This document shows positions 27,871-37,088 of a stretch of DNA of 64,000 nucleotides, piece after piece (within the stretch, counting starts at the first letter, position 1; every line of letters starts with the position of its first letter). The DNA comes from Alphaproteobacteria bacterium. GTDB lineage: Bacteria; Pseudomonadota; Alphaproteobacteria; JAEULC01. The notes beneath the pieces are model-generated. The model did no database searches and had not been told where the DNA came from. It worked only from the letters and a program-made list of their open reading frames with translations. The stretch spans positions 74,907 to 138,906 of the forward strand of contig JAKLKW010000001.1 of NCBI GenBank assembly GCA_023150455.1, written 5' to 3'. The position numbers and the translations under genes were made by a program.

Positions 27871-28824
27871 ATGACGGCCAAGGTATTCGCGTCGCAGGGC
27901 GACCTCGCGGCGAAGCAGGAGAAATTCGTCAAGCTGGCGGACAACGCCTACTGCCTGACGGCCGAAGGCGACCCGAATACGGGCATCATCATCGGCAACG
28001 ACGGCGTCATGGTGATCGACACGCGCGCCACGCCGGCCATGGCCGAGGACGTCATCCGCCATGTCCGCGCCGTCACCGACAAGCCGTTCAAGTACGTGCT
28101 GCTCACGCACTACCACGCCGTCCGGGTCATGGGCGCCTCGGCCTACAAGGCCGACTACGTCATCGCGAGCCAGGGCACCTACGAGCTGATCAAGGAGCGC
28201 GGCAAGCAGGACTTCGACAGCGAGGTGCAGCGCTTCCCGCGCCTGTTCCGCTCGGTCGAGTCGGTGCCGGGCCTCACCCGGCCGAACCTGGTGTTCGAGA
28301 ACGCGCTGACCCTGTGGATGGGCAAGACCGAGGTGCAGATCAGGCATATCGGCAAGGGCCACTCCAAGGGCGACACGATCGCCTGGCTGCCGCAGGAGCG
28401 CGTGATGTTCGCCGGCGACCTGGTGGAGGAAGGCACGACGCCCTATTGCGGCGATGCCTATCTCAAGGAATGGCCGGCGACGCTGGAGAAGCTGCGCGGC
28501 TTCAAGCCGGAGATGCTGGTGCCCGGCCGCGGCGATGCGATGATGACCGCCGAGGCCAGCGACAGGGCGATCGCCGCTACCGCCGGCTTCCTGCGCGACA
28601 TGCGCAGCGCGGTGGAGGCCGGCGTCAAGGCGGGCAAGGACCTGAAGGCGGTGTTCGAGGAGACGTCGCGCAGGCTGCAGCCGAGATACGGCCGGTGGGT
28701 CATTTTCGAGCACTGCCTGCCGTTCAACATCTCGCGCTGCTACGACGAGGTTTCCGGCATCACCGACCCGCGCATCTGGACGGCCGAGCGCGACATCGAG
28801 ATGTGGAAGGCGCTGCAGGGGTAG
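27871..28824 (+). CDS. MBL-fold metallo-hydrolase
   Basis: Metallo-beta-lactamase-like motif LLTHYHAVRVMG and downstream His/Asp ligand candidates (GKGHSKGDT); 317 aa. Confidence 0.75.
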   Translation: MTAKVFASQGDLAAKQEKFVKLADNAYCLTAEGDPNTGIIIGNDGVMVIDTRATPAMAEDVIRHVRAVTDKPFKYVLLTHYHAVRVMGASAYKADYVIASQGTYELIKERGKQDFDSEVQRFPRLFRSVESVPGLTRPNLVFENALTLWMGKTEVQIRHIGKGHSKGDTIAWLPQERVMFAGDLVEEGTTPYCGDAYLKEWPATLEKLRGFKPEMLVPGRGDAMMTAEASDRAIAATAGFLRDMRSAVEAGVKAGKDLKAVFEETSRRLQPRYGRWVIFEHCLPFNISRCYDEVSGITDPRIWTAERDIEMWKALQG

Positions 28825-28841
28825 GGCGCGTGGCCGACCTG

Positions 28842-30032
28842 ATGCGGGGCCTGCGGGTCCTCGACCTCACCAACGTGCTGGCCGGTCCGTTCTGCTGCTT
28901 CCAGCTCGCGCAGCTGGGGGCCGAGGTGATCAAGGTCGAGGTGCCCGAGACGGGCGACCTCGCGCGTGAGCTGGGCGCGGCGCCCGAGCTCAACCGACGC
29001 AGGATGGGCGCATCGTTCCTGGCGCAGAATGCCGGCAAGCGCTCGATCACCATCAACCTGAAGGACGGGAAGGGGAAGGAGATCTTCCGCCGTCTGGCCG
29101 CAACGGCCGACGCGGTGGTGGAGAATTTCCGTCCCGGCGTGATGGAGCGGCTCGGCCTCGGCTACGATGCGCTGGCGCGCATCAAGCCCGACCTGGTCTA
29201 TTGCGCCATCTCCGGCTTCGGGCAGGACGGGCCCTTGCGCGACAACCCGGCCTACGACCAGATCATCCAGGGCTTCTCCGGCGTCATGAGCGTCACGGGC
29301 GACGCCCGGAGCGCGCCGTTGCGCGTGGGCTATCCGGTCGCCGACACGATGGGCGGCATCACGGCGGCCTTCGCCATCGCCGCCGCGCTGCTGAAGCGCG
29401 AGCGCACCGGAAAGGGCGAGTTCATCGACGTGTCGATGCTCGAGGCCACGCTGGTGGCGATGGGCTGGGCGGTGTCGAACTGGCTGATCGCCGGCGTGAA
29501 GGGCGAGCCGATGGGTAACGAGAACGTGACGGCAAGCCCGTCCGGCACCTTCGCGACCGGCCATGGCCCCCTGAACATCGCCGCCAACAAGCAGGCGCAG
29601 TTCGAGAGGCTGTGCAACGTCATCGGCCGGCCCGAGCTGATCGCGGATCCGCGCTTCGCCCATCGCGAGGATCGCCTCGTCAACCGCGCGGCGCTGAAGG
29701 CGGAGATCGAGAATGGCCTCCAGCGCGATTCCGCGCGCAACTGGGCCGAGCTCCTGAACCGCCACGACGTGCCGGCGGGCGAGGTGCTCTCGGTGCCGGA
29801 GGTGCTGGAGCACGCGCAGGTGCGCGAGCGTGGTTTCATCAAGCGCTTCGACACGGTTACGGGCGTCGACCGGCCCGTCGCCATGGTGCGCGCCGGCTTC
29901 AAGCTTGGGAGCGGCGATCCCGCGCCCGAGCTGCCGCCGCCGCCGCTCGGCGCCGATACCGACGCCATCCTCGGTTCGCTCGGCTACTCGGGCGACGAGA
30001 TCGCCGCCTTCAGGGCCGACAAGACCATCTGA
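28842..30032 (+). CDS. Family III CoA-transferase (CaiB/BaiF/Frc family)
   Basis: N-terminal LRVLDLTNVLAGPFCCFQLAQLGAEVIKVE, and NFRPGVMERLGLGYD with catalytic-Asp region; 396 aa. Start ATG 28842 (GTG 28830 is an alternative). Confidence 0.85.
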   Translation: MRGLRVLDLTNVLAGPFCCFQLAQLGAEVIKVEVPETGDLARELGAAPELNRRRMGASFLAQNAGKRSITINLKDGKGKEIFRRLAATADAVVENFRPGVMERLGLGYDALARIKPDLVYCAISGFGQDGPLRDNPAYDQIIQGFSGVMSVTGDARSAPLRVGYPVADTMGGITAAFAIAAALLKRERTGKGEFIDVSMLEATLVAMGWAVSNWLIAGVKGEPMGNENVTASPSGTFATGHGPLNIAANKQAQFERLCNVIGRPELIADPRFAHREDRLVNRAALKAEIENGLQRDSARNWAELLNRHDVPAGEVLSVPEVLEHAQVRERGFIKRFDTVTGVDRPVAMVRAGFKLGSGDPAPELPPPPLGADTDAILGSLGYSGDEIAAFRADKTI

Positions 30033-30070
30033 CGTCTCGCCCGGCTGCCTCGCCACGAAAGGGCTCTGCC

Positions 30071-30883
30071 ATGGACACGCGCAACGCCGCCGAGGACTGG
30101 TGGCGCACCTCGATCATCGAGATGCGCCCGAACGTCATCCGCTTCCGCGGCTACCCGATCGAGGAGCTGATCGGCAATGTCGGCTTCCCCGGCATGATCT
30201 GGCTGATGCTGAGGGGCGAGCTGCCGACCCAGGCGCAGGCAGACCTGCTGGGCGCGGCGATGGTCGCGGGCGTCGATCACGGACCGCAGGCGCCGTCGAT
30301 CGCCATCGCCCGCATGGCGATCACCTGCGGCGTCGGCATCAACGGCGCCATGGCCTCGGCCGCCAACGTGCTGGGCGACGTGCACGGCGGCGCCGGCGAG
30401 CAGGCGCTCGCGCTCTACGAGCGGGTGCTGCGGCGCCAGGCCGAAGGGGCGTCGCTCGAGGATGCCGCCGCGGCGGAGCTCGATGCGCTGGCCGCGCGCG
30501 GGGTCGCGCACGTGCCCGGCTTCGGCCATCGCTTCCACACCGAGGACCCGCGGCCGCCGCGCATGTTCGAGCTGATCGACCGCGCCGTCGCCGCAGGCGC
30601 CGTTTCCGGCAAGGTCGCTGCCGCCGCGCGGGCGATCGACGCCGCGCTGGCGCGCAAGAAAGGCAGGCGCATCACCATGAACATCGACGGCGCGACGGCG
30701 GCGGTCTATGGCGAGCTGGGCTTCCCCGCGCCGCTCGCGCGCGGCCTGTTCGTTCTGTCGCGCTCGGTCGGCATCCTGGCGCATGCCTGGGAACAGTCGC
30801 AGCAGGGCGGCCGCAACAAGGGCCCGATCCCGCGCGAGTGCCTATGGACCTATGACGGGCCCACGTTGCGCCACGTGGAGTAG
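30071..30883 (+). CDS. Citryl-CoA lyase-like / citrate-synthase-fold small protein (about 270 aa)
   Basis: Citrate-synthase-like C-terminal domain residues (..VPGFGHRFHTEDPR.., ..MNIDGATAAVY..). Confidence 0.65.
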   Translation: MDTRNAAEDWWRTSIIEMRPNVIRFRGYPIEELIGNVGFPGMIWLMLRGELPTQAQADLLGAAMVAGVDHGPQAPSIAIARMAITCGVGINGAMASAANVLGDVHGGAGEQALALYERVLRRQAEGASLEDAAAAELDALAARGVAHVPGFGHRFHTEDPRPPRMFELIDRAVAAGAVSGKVAAAARAIDAALARKKGRRITMNIDGATAAVYGELGFPAPLARGLFVLSRSVGILAHAWEQSQQGGRNKGPIPRECLWTYDGPTLRHVE

Positions 30884-30918
30884 CGACCCTCGCCCGCCTG
30901 CGACGAGCACGGGGAAAA

Positions 30919-33090
30919 TCACGCCGGCTTCATCACCCTGAACCGCGCATCCCCGTCGCGCTCGATCTGCGGGACGAGCGCGACCTCCCAGGTCAGGTAC
31001 TCGCGCATCTTCTGCTCGGGCGCGCCGCGGTTCTCGTAGGGCTTGTACCAGACGTCCTCCGGCGGGTCGGCCCATTGCTCGTCGCCGGCCTCGAGCCGGT
31101 GGCCGGCGGCGCGCCAGGCCTCGGTGCCGCCGTCGAGCACCAGCACCTTGCGCGCCGTCCTGGGCGCGAGGTCGCGCGCGGCGAACCGCGCGAGCGTGCC
31201 GTCGGGCGAGGCCAGCACGATCGGGCCGTCGCCCGGCAGGCTGGCGACGGTGTCGCCGAGCCGCGCGCGAATTACGAACCAGGCGCCGGGAATATGCGCC
31301 GCGCGGTACCTGAGGCTCGTGTCCAGGTCGACGACGGTCACGCGGCCGAGCTGCCGGTCGAGATCGTCGGCCGCGATCGTCGCGACCGCGGCGTCGTCGC
31401 CCAGCACGGTCGCCTTCTCCGGACCCTTCTCGAGCTTCTGCCCGTCCAGCGCCTTGTCTAGCACGTAGACCTCGCGCCAGCCCATCTGGATCAGCCAGGA
31501 CGCCGTCATGACGGCGCGCACCGCCTCGCCGTCGATCAACACGAGTCGCGCGTTCAGCGTGCCGACATACTGGTCGGTCGCCTGCACCAGCTGGCCGCCC
31601 GGCGCCGAGCGGCTGCCCGGCAGGTGGCCGGCCTCGTACTCGGCCGGGCTGCGCACGTCGAGCACGTAGAGGGAATGCCTGTCCGCCTCGGCGCGGAAGC
31701 GCGCGAGGGCGGCATGGTCGATGCGTCGCACGCCGAAGCGCCCGGCCACGCTCCGGGCCGCTGCCTGCGCGCGCTCGAGGCCCTCGGGTCCCGGCGCCGG
31801 GGCGTGCTGCGTCTTGCCGTGGTCCAGCTTCAGCCCGGCGAGGTGCCAGCCCATCGTGCCGTTCTTCAGCGCCATGACCTTGTTGGGCAGCCCGGCGTTG
31901 ACCAGCGACTGCGTGCCGATGATGCTGCGTGTCCTGCCGGCGCAGTTCACCACGACCAGCGTCTCGGGCGACTTCACCAGGTCGAAAGCGCGGTAGACCA
32001 GCTCGGCGCCCGGGCAGTCGATGCCGCCGGGGATGCTCATGCGCCGGTACTCCTCCAGCGGCCGGCTGTCGAGGATGACGATGTCCTCGCCGCGGTCGAG
32101 CCGCGCCTTGAGCTCGGTCGGCTCGATGCGCGGTGTGCCGCATTTGTGCTCGACGATCTCGCCGAAGGCCTTGCTCGGCACGTTGACGCCGCTGAACAGC
32201 TCGTAGCCCGCCTTCTGCCAGCCGCGCACGCCGCCCTTGAGAACGGCGATGTTCTTGTAGCCGAGGTCGAACAGGCGATAGGCGGCGCGCTGCGCCAGGG
32301 CGCCGCCGTCCTCGTCGACCACGACCACGCGCGTCGCTCGCCGCGGCACCAGCGCGTCGGCGCGCAGCTCCAGGTGGCTCACCGGCAGCGGCACGGCGAA
32401 CAGCAGGTGCTCGCTCGCGAATACGCCCTCCTCGCGCACGTCCAGGATCGCAAGCTCCCCGCCGTCGCGGATCATGGCCTTGAGGGCCTGTGGCGTGACC
32501 TCGGGCGTCGAGATGTTGGGGCTGGCCGGGAAGATCTTGTAGGCGCCGCCCTCGGACGTCGCGAAGCTGATGCGCTCGGGCAGGTGCTCCAGGCTGCGGC
32601 CATAGAGATGCAGGTGCAGCGCCTTCTCGTTTCCCAGCACCTCGATCGTGTGAAAGTCGTCGGGCAGGAACGACACGGCGTTGCCCTTGACCACGGTCAG
32701 CTCGCCGGTCTTGCGGAGGCGGCCCTCGCCCGGCACCGAGCGGTTGTCGATGCGCTCGTAGAAGACGTTGTGCTCCTTGCCGTAGACGCCGGCGATCACG
32801 GCCCAGGTCGTGTGGTTGTGCGGCGGCTGCGCCTTGCCCGGCAATCCCGCCGACGCGTAGAGGGCGAAGCGGTGATCGGCGTCCTCGGCCAGGCGGAAGA
32901 TGCGGCCATGGCTGCCGTCGAACACCTGGAACTGCTCGGGCGGGAACAGCTCGGTGCGCGAGGCGAGATCGATCAGCACGGGCTTGATCCGCGCCAGTGC
33001 CGCCTGCGTGACGCCGTCCTCCTGCTCGATGCGGCGCACCTTGGCGATCGTGTCGGCGACGGCCTGATGGCGGGCATCCATGGTCGACAT
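30919..33090 (-). CDS. Fusion protein: cysteine-dioxygenase-type (3-His) cupin thiol dioxygenase domain followed by four tandem rhodanese modules (only the second has the catalytic Cys loop)
   Basis: N-terminal cupin with PHNHTTWAVIAGVYG...H in FLPDDFHTIEV (CDO/3-mercaptopropionate-dioxygenase-like H-x-H...H triad). Four rhodanese-like modules: LDVREEGVFASEHL (loop VVVDEDGG, Asp), LDSRPLEEYRRMSIPGG (loop VVVNCAGRTRS, Cys), LDVRSPAEYEAGHLPGS (loop LVLIDGEAV, no Cys), VVDLDTSLRYRAAHIPG (loop IVLASPDGT, no Cys). Start at ATG 33090 (33081 also possible; 33189 would overlap tctA). Confidence 0.8.
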   Translation of the reverse strand: MSTMDARHQAVADTIAKVRRIEQEDGVTQAALARIKPVLIDLASRTELFPPEQFQVFDGSHGRIFRLAEDADHRFALYASAGLPGKAQPPHNHTTWAVIAGVYGKEHNVFYERIDNRSVPGEGRLRKTGELTVVKGNAVSFLPDDFHTIEVLGNEKALHLHLYGRSLEHLPERISFATSEGGAYKIFPASPNISTPEVTPQALKAMIRDGGELAILDVREEGVFASEHLLFAVPLPVSHLELRADALVPRRATRVVVVDEDGGALAQRAAYRLFDLGYKNIAVLKGGVRGWQKAGYELFSGVNVPSKAFGEIVEHKCGTPRIEPTELKARLDRGEDIVILDSRPLEEYRRMSIPGGIDCPGAELVYRAFDLVKSPETLVVVNCAGRTRSIIGTQSLVNAGLPNKVMALKNGTMGWHLAGLKLDHGKTQHAPAPGPEGLERAQAAARSVAGRFGVRRIDHAALARFRAEADRHSLYVLDVRSPAEYEAGHLPGSRSAPGGQLVQATDQYVGTLNARLVLIDGEAVRAVMTASWLIQMGWREVYVLDKALDGQKLEKGPEKATVLGDDAAVATIAADDLDRQLGRVTVVDLDTSLRYRAAHIPGAWFVIRARLGDTVASLPGDGPIVLASPDGTLARFAARDLAPRTARKVLVLDGGTEAWRAAGHRLEAGDEQWADPPEDVWYKPYENRGAPEQKMREYLTWEVALVPQIERDGDARFRVMKPA

Positions 33091-33160
33091 GGCCGGTATT
33101 CCTGCGGCTGGAAGTGGAGACCGAAGTGTGGCGCAAATCGGCCGGGGTGGCAAAGAGGGC

Positions 33161-34642
33161 CTAGCGTGCCCGCAGCCGCCGCCAACCATGCGCCAGGGCC
33201 GGCGCGCTGAGGCCCAAGATCGTCAGCGCGAACAGCAGCACCACGATCGGGCGCGACAGGAACAGCAGCCAGTTCTGGTCGAAGATCAGCAGCGACTGCT
33301 TGAACGTCTCCTCGACCATGCGTCCCAGCACCAGGCCCATGATCAGCGGCGCGGGCGAGAAGCCGAAGCGGCGGAACAGCAGGCCGAGCACGCCGAAGAC
33401 CAGCATCGTGCCGACGTCGAACATCGACTGGTTCGGCGCATAGGCGCCGACGACCGACAGCACGAACACGCCGGGCCACAGATAGGCCGGCGGGATCAGC
33501 GTCACGCGCGCGAACAGCTTGGCGGCGCCGAGGCCGAGCACGAGATAGAGCAGGTTGGCCGCCAGCATCGAGGCGAACACGACATAGAGCAGGGTCGGCT
33601 GCTCGTTGAACAGGTGGGGGCCTGGGCGCACGCCCTGCACGATCAGCCCGACCAGGATGATGGCGGTCGTGGCGCTGCCGGGGATGCCGAGCGCCAGCGT
33701 CGGCACCATGGCGCCGCCGACCGCGGCGTTGTTGGCGGCCTCGGGGCCCGCGACGCCCTCGATCGCGCCGCGGCCGAACTCGAGCTTGTGCTTCGACCAG
33801 CGCCGGCTCTCGTTGTAGCAGATCATGGCGGCCGTGGTGGCGCCCAGCGCCGGCAGCGTGCCGATGAAGGTACCGATGCCGCTCGACAGGATGATCGCCT
33901 TTGCGCATTTGCGGAAATCGGCCAGGCTCGGCAGTTTCACCGCGCTCAGCTTGATGTATTCCTTCACCACGTTGCCGTGCGCGGCCTGCTCCAGCAACTC
34001 GGCCATGGCGAACAGGCCGATCAGCACGGGGATGAACTCGATCCCGTCGCTCAAGGCGTAGATGCCGAAGGTGAAGCGCTCGACGCCCGTGGTCAGGTCG
34101 AGTCCGACGGTGGCCAGCAGCACGCCGAAGGCGGCCGACAGCAGGTTCCTGGTCGGCGAGTCGCCGCCGATCGCCGCCACCATCGACAGGCCGAACACGG
34201 CGAGCGCGAAGTATTCGGGCGGGCCGAAATTATAGGCGGCGCGCGCCAGCAGCGGCGCGGCGACGATCAGCACGAACACGCTGAAGATCCCGCCGATGGC
34301 GCTGGAGATCGCGGAAATGCCGAGCGCCTTGCCCGCTTCGCCGCGCGCTGCCATCGGGTAGCCGTCGAATGCGGTGGCGGAGGCCGACGGGTCGCCCGGG
34401 GCGTTGATCAGGATCGCCGTGATCGAGCCGCCGAAATTGGCCGCGCAGTAGATCGATCCGAGGAAGGCGAGCGCGCCGGTCGGCGGCATGGTGATCGTAA
34501 GGGGCAGCAGGAGCGCCGTCGTGGTGCTGCCGCTGATTCCGGGCAGCGCGCCGACGATGATGCCGAGCAGCGTGCCGGCGAACACGAGGAACAGCATGTA
34601 GGGATCGACGAGGATCCCCATGCCGGCGAGGAAGGCGTCCAT
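33161..34642 (-). CDS. tctA: Tripartite tricarboxylate transporter (TTT) large permease TctA
   Basis: 493-aa polytopic protein with typical TctA N-terminus (..VFAGTLLGIIVGALPGISGSTTTALLLPLT..) and duplicated structure. Confidence 0.9.
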   Translation of the reverse strand: MDAFLAGMGILVDPYMLFLVFAGTLLGIIVGALPGISGSTTTALLLPLTITMPPTGALAFLGSIYCAANFGGSITAILINAPGDPSASATAFDGYPMAARGEAGKALGISAISSAIGGIFSVFVLIVAAPLLARAAYNFGPPEYFALAVFGLSMVAAIGGDSPTRNLLSAAFGVLLATVGLDLTTGVERFTFGIYALSDGIEFIPVLIGLFAMAELLEQAAHGNVVKEYIKLSAVKLPSLADFRKCAKAIILSSGIGTFIGTLPALGATTAAMICYNESRRWSKHKLEFGRGAIEGVAGPEAANNAAVGGAMVPTLALGIPGSATTAIILVGLIVQGVRPGPHLFNEQPTLLYVVFASMLAANLLYLVLGLGAAKLFARVTLIPPAYLWPGVFVLSVVGAYAPNQSMFDVGTMLVFGVLGLLFRRFGFSPAPLIMGLVLGRMVEETFKQSLLIFDQNWLLFLSRPIVVLLFALTILGLSAPALAHGWRRLRAR

Positions 34643-34655
34643 CAGCCCGGCCTTT

Positions 34656-35153
34656 TCACGACCACAGCGCGCCGAGCATGCTGCGCGGGAAGCTCACGCC
34701 CACGAAGCGGACGAACAGCAGGTAGATCGCGGTGCACAAGGCTCCGGCGCTGAGCACGAGCGGCAGCAGCCGGCGCTCGCCCCACATCCGGCCCAGCCCG
34801 ACCAGGAGCAGGAACGAGGACGGGAACATGCCGATCAGCTCGACCGCGCCCATGAAGGCGAACAGCACGGCGCCGGTCGCCCACACGCGCGCCGGCAGCG
34901 GCGGCATCGGACCGAGCGGCGCGACGCCGACGCCGAGCGCGATCAGCAGCGACAGGATCGCCATGACGACGAGGACGAGTCGCGGAAACAGCTCGGCACC
35001 CAGCCCGCTCATCAGTGCCTCGGGCACGCTGTCGAAGGTGTAGGTCAGGCCATAGACGAGTGCCGAGAACGCCAGCGCCGAGAAGGCGACGACGCGGTCG
35101 ATCGCGCCCGGCGAGGGCGAGCCCCCGCCGGGCCGGCCGGACGATCCCGACAT
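34656..35153 (-). CDS. tctB: TTT small membrane subunit TctB
   Basis: 165 aa, 4 TM, located between tctC and tctA with 3- and 13-nt spacers. Confidence 0.75.
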   Translation of the reverse strand: MSGSSGRPGGGSPSPGAIDRVVAFSALAFSALVYGLTYTFDSVPEALMSGLGAELFPRLVLVVMAILSLLIALGVGVAPLGPMPPLPARVWATGAVLFAFMGAVELIGMFPSSFLLLVGLGRMWGERRLLPLVLSAGALCTAIYLLFVRFVGVSFPRSMLGALWS

Positions 35154-35156
35154 CGC

Positions 35157-36152
35157 CTACTTCAGGAGGCCGATCGACTTCAGCGCCTCGGCACCTTCGT
35201 TGTAGAAGGCGTCGAGCTGCGCCTGCCATTCCTTGCGCCCGACCACGCTGTCCGGCGACTGGCCGGAGCTCTCGATGTAGGACGCGTACATCTTGCCCTT
35301 CATCGCCTTGACCAGCCCTTCTTCCAGGGCCTTGAGGTTCTCTTCCGGCACGCCCTTCAGCGTCACGAAGCCGCGCACGGTCGAATAGCTGGCGTCGAGG
35401 CCGAGGTCCTTCGAGCACGGTACGTCGGGCAGGGGCCCCAGGCGCTTCGGCGCCAGCACCAGCAGCGGGCGCACGTCGCCCGACTTGATCTGTGAATCGG
35501 CCTCGGCGTAGTTCAGGATGCCGACGTCGACGTTGCCGCCGACGACGTTGATCACGATGTCGCCGCCGCCGCGGAACGGCACGACGGTCGGCTTCTCCTG
35601 ACCGGCCTTCTTGGCGAAACCCAGCACGGCCAGGTGGTCGACGCCGCCAAGCTGCGTGGCGCCGTATTTCATCGACTTCTTCTTGCCCGCCTCCAGGAAG
35701 TCCTTCGCCGTCTTGTACGGGCTGTTCTTGCCCGCCATCAGCACCTGCGGGTCGTCGGTCGCGCGCGCCAGGGCCACGATCTCGGCGTACTTCACCGGCG
35801 CCTTGCCCTGGATCATGGTCAACAGATGCGTCTGCGTGATCAGCATGATCGTGTAGCCGTCGCGCGGGCGGCTGTTGGCGTAGGCAAGCGCCGCGCCGCC
35901 GCTGCCGCCCACCTTGTTGACCACGGCCAGCTCGGTCTTGAACACGCCCGGCGCATGCACCATCATCATGCGCGCCGTGATGTCCGTGCCGCCGCCGACC
36001 CCGGCATGCGTCACCACCTCGATCGTCTTGGACGGGAACTTCTCCTGTGCCCGCAACGGGCTCCAGGCCAGCGCCGTCGTGGCTGCGGCGCCTGCGGCGA
36101 AGGCGCGGCGCGTGAGCGCGAGGCTGCGGTGGTCGGTGATCTTCCTGGTCAT
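35157..36152 (-). CDS. tctC: TTT periplasmic substrate-binding protein TctC (Tat signal RRAFAAGAAATTALA)
   Basis: Bug/TctC-family body (..VVNKVGGSGGAALAYA.., ..PFRGGGDIV..); perfect SD AAGGAGG 7 nt upstream of ATG 36152; the upstream part of the 610-aa ORF is read-through. Confidence 0.9.
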   Translation of the reverse strand: MTRKITDHRSLALTRRAFAAGAAATTALAWSPLRAQEKFPSKTIEVVTHAGVGGGTDITARMMMVHAPGVFKTELAVVNKVGGSGGAALAYANSRPRDGYTIMLITQTHLLTMIQGKAPVKYAEIVALARATDDPQVLMAGKNSPYKTAKDFLEAGKKKSMKYGATQLGGVDHLAVLGFAKKAGQEKPTVVPFRGGGDIVINVVGGNVDVGILNYAEADSQIKSGDVRPLLVLAPKRLGPLPDVPCSKDLGLDASYSTVRGFVTLKGVPEENLKALEEGLVKAMKGKMYASYIESSGQSPDSVVGRKEWQAQLDAFYNEGAEALKSIGLLK

Positions 36153-36193
36153 GGTCGTCTCCTCCTTGCTTTGTCTGTCTTGCCTGCGCCGGG

Positions 36194-36952
36194 TCACGCG
36201 CCGGCGGCAGCCTTGCGGCGGCGCGGCGCGGGTTGCGCCGGAGCCTGCTTGTCGTTGTCCAGGGTCTTCAAGAGCCGCGCCTTGCCCGCGAGGATATGCG
36301 CCTCCATCAGCGCCGCGGCGCGCTGCGGGTCGCGCGCGGCAAGCGCGTCCAGAATGGCGCGATGCTCGCGGTTGGAGATCCGCATGACGCCTTCCGACAC
36401 CAGGCCGCGGCGGCGGAACAGGTGCAGCTCCTTCGCCAGATTGCGGTAGGTCGCGGTCAGGTGCGCGTTGCCACAGAATTCCACCAGCGTGGAATGGTAT
36501 TCGACGTTGAGGGGGTAATAGGCGTCGATGTCTTCGACCGCCTTCTCCATCGCCTCGACCAGCGCGGTCAGGCGGGTAAGCTGCGCCGGGGTGATGCGCG
36601 CGGCCAGCGTGCGGCCGGCGAAGCCGAACAGCGCGCCGCGCAGGTCGTAGATGTCGAGCGCCTGCTGCAGGCCGATCTGGCGCACGAAGGTGCCGCGATT
36701 GACCTGCACCTCGACCAGCCCGCTCTGCTCCAGCCCGCGGCAGGCCTCGCGGATCGGTCCGCGGCTGACGCCCAGCCGCTCGGCCAGGGCGTTCTCGTTC
36801 AGGCGGTCGCCGGCCTGGAGCTCGCCCGTCACGATCATGCGCTCGAGCTCCTTGCGCACGAGCGAGGCGAGCGATTCCGTGCGCCTGATCTTCAGCGCCA
36901 GCGCGGTGTCGCCCCCCTCGTCCTTGGGCGTGCGATCGGCCTGCTCGTCCAT
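36194..36952 (-). CDS. GntR family transcriptional regulator (FadR/FCD subfamily)
   Basis: N-terminal wHTH (..LNENALAERLGVSRGPIREACRGLEQSGLVE..) plus C-terminal FCD-type helical domain; 252 aa. Confidence 0.85.
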   Translation of the reverse strand: MDEQADRTPKDEGGDTALALKIRRTESLASLVRKELERMIVTGELQAGDRLNENALAERLGVSRGPIREACRGLEQSGLVEVQVNRGTFVRQIGLQQALDIYDLRGALFGFAGRTLAARITPAQLTRLTALVEAMEKAVEDIDAYYPLNVEYHSTLVEFCGNAHLTATYRNLAKELHLFRRRGLVSEGVMRISNREHRAILDALAARDPQRAAALMEAHILAGKARLLKTLDNDKQAPAQPAPRRRKAAAGA

Positions 36953-37088
36953 CGAACCCTATCAGGCCGACGCGGTTGTGAATTGTCAACAGTTTTCACT
37001 TTGTCCAAACTCTGCTATCCGTCGCTGCTGCGCGCGCCCGCGCCTGAAGCTGCGGCGGGCCTACGCTTGGCTTAAGGTCCAGGGGTCC

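Noticed and set aside
35157-36989. 610-aa ORF suggesting a giant TctC
   Set aside because: Only the last 331 codons (from ATG 36152 with perfect SD and Tat signal) are TctC; the upstream part is read-through of the gntR antisense/out-of-frame region.
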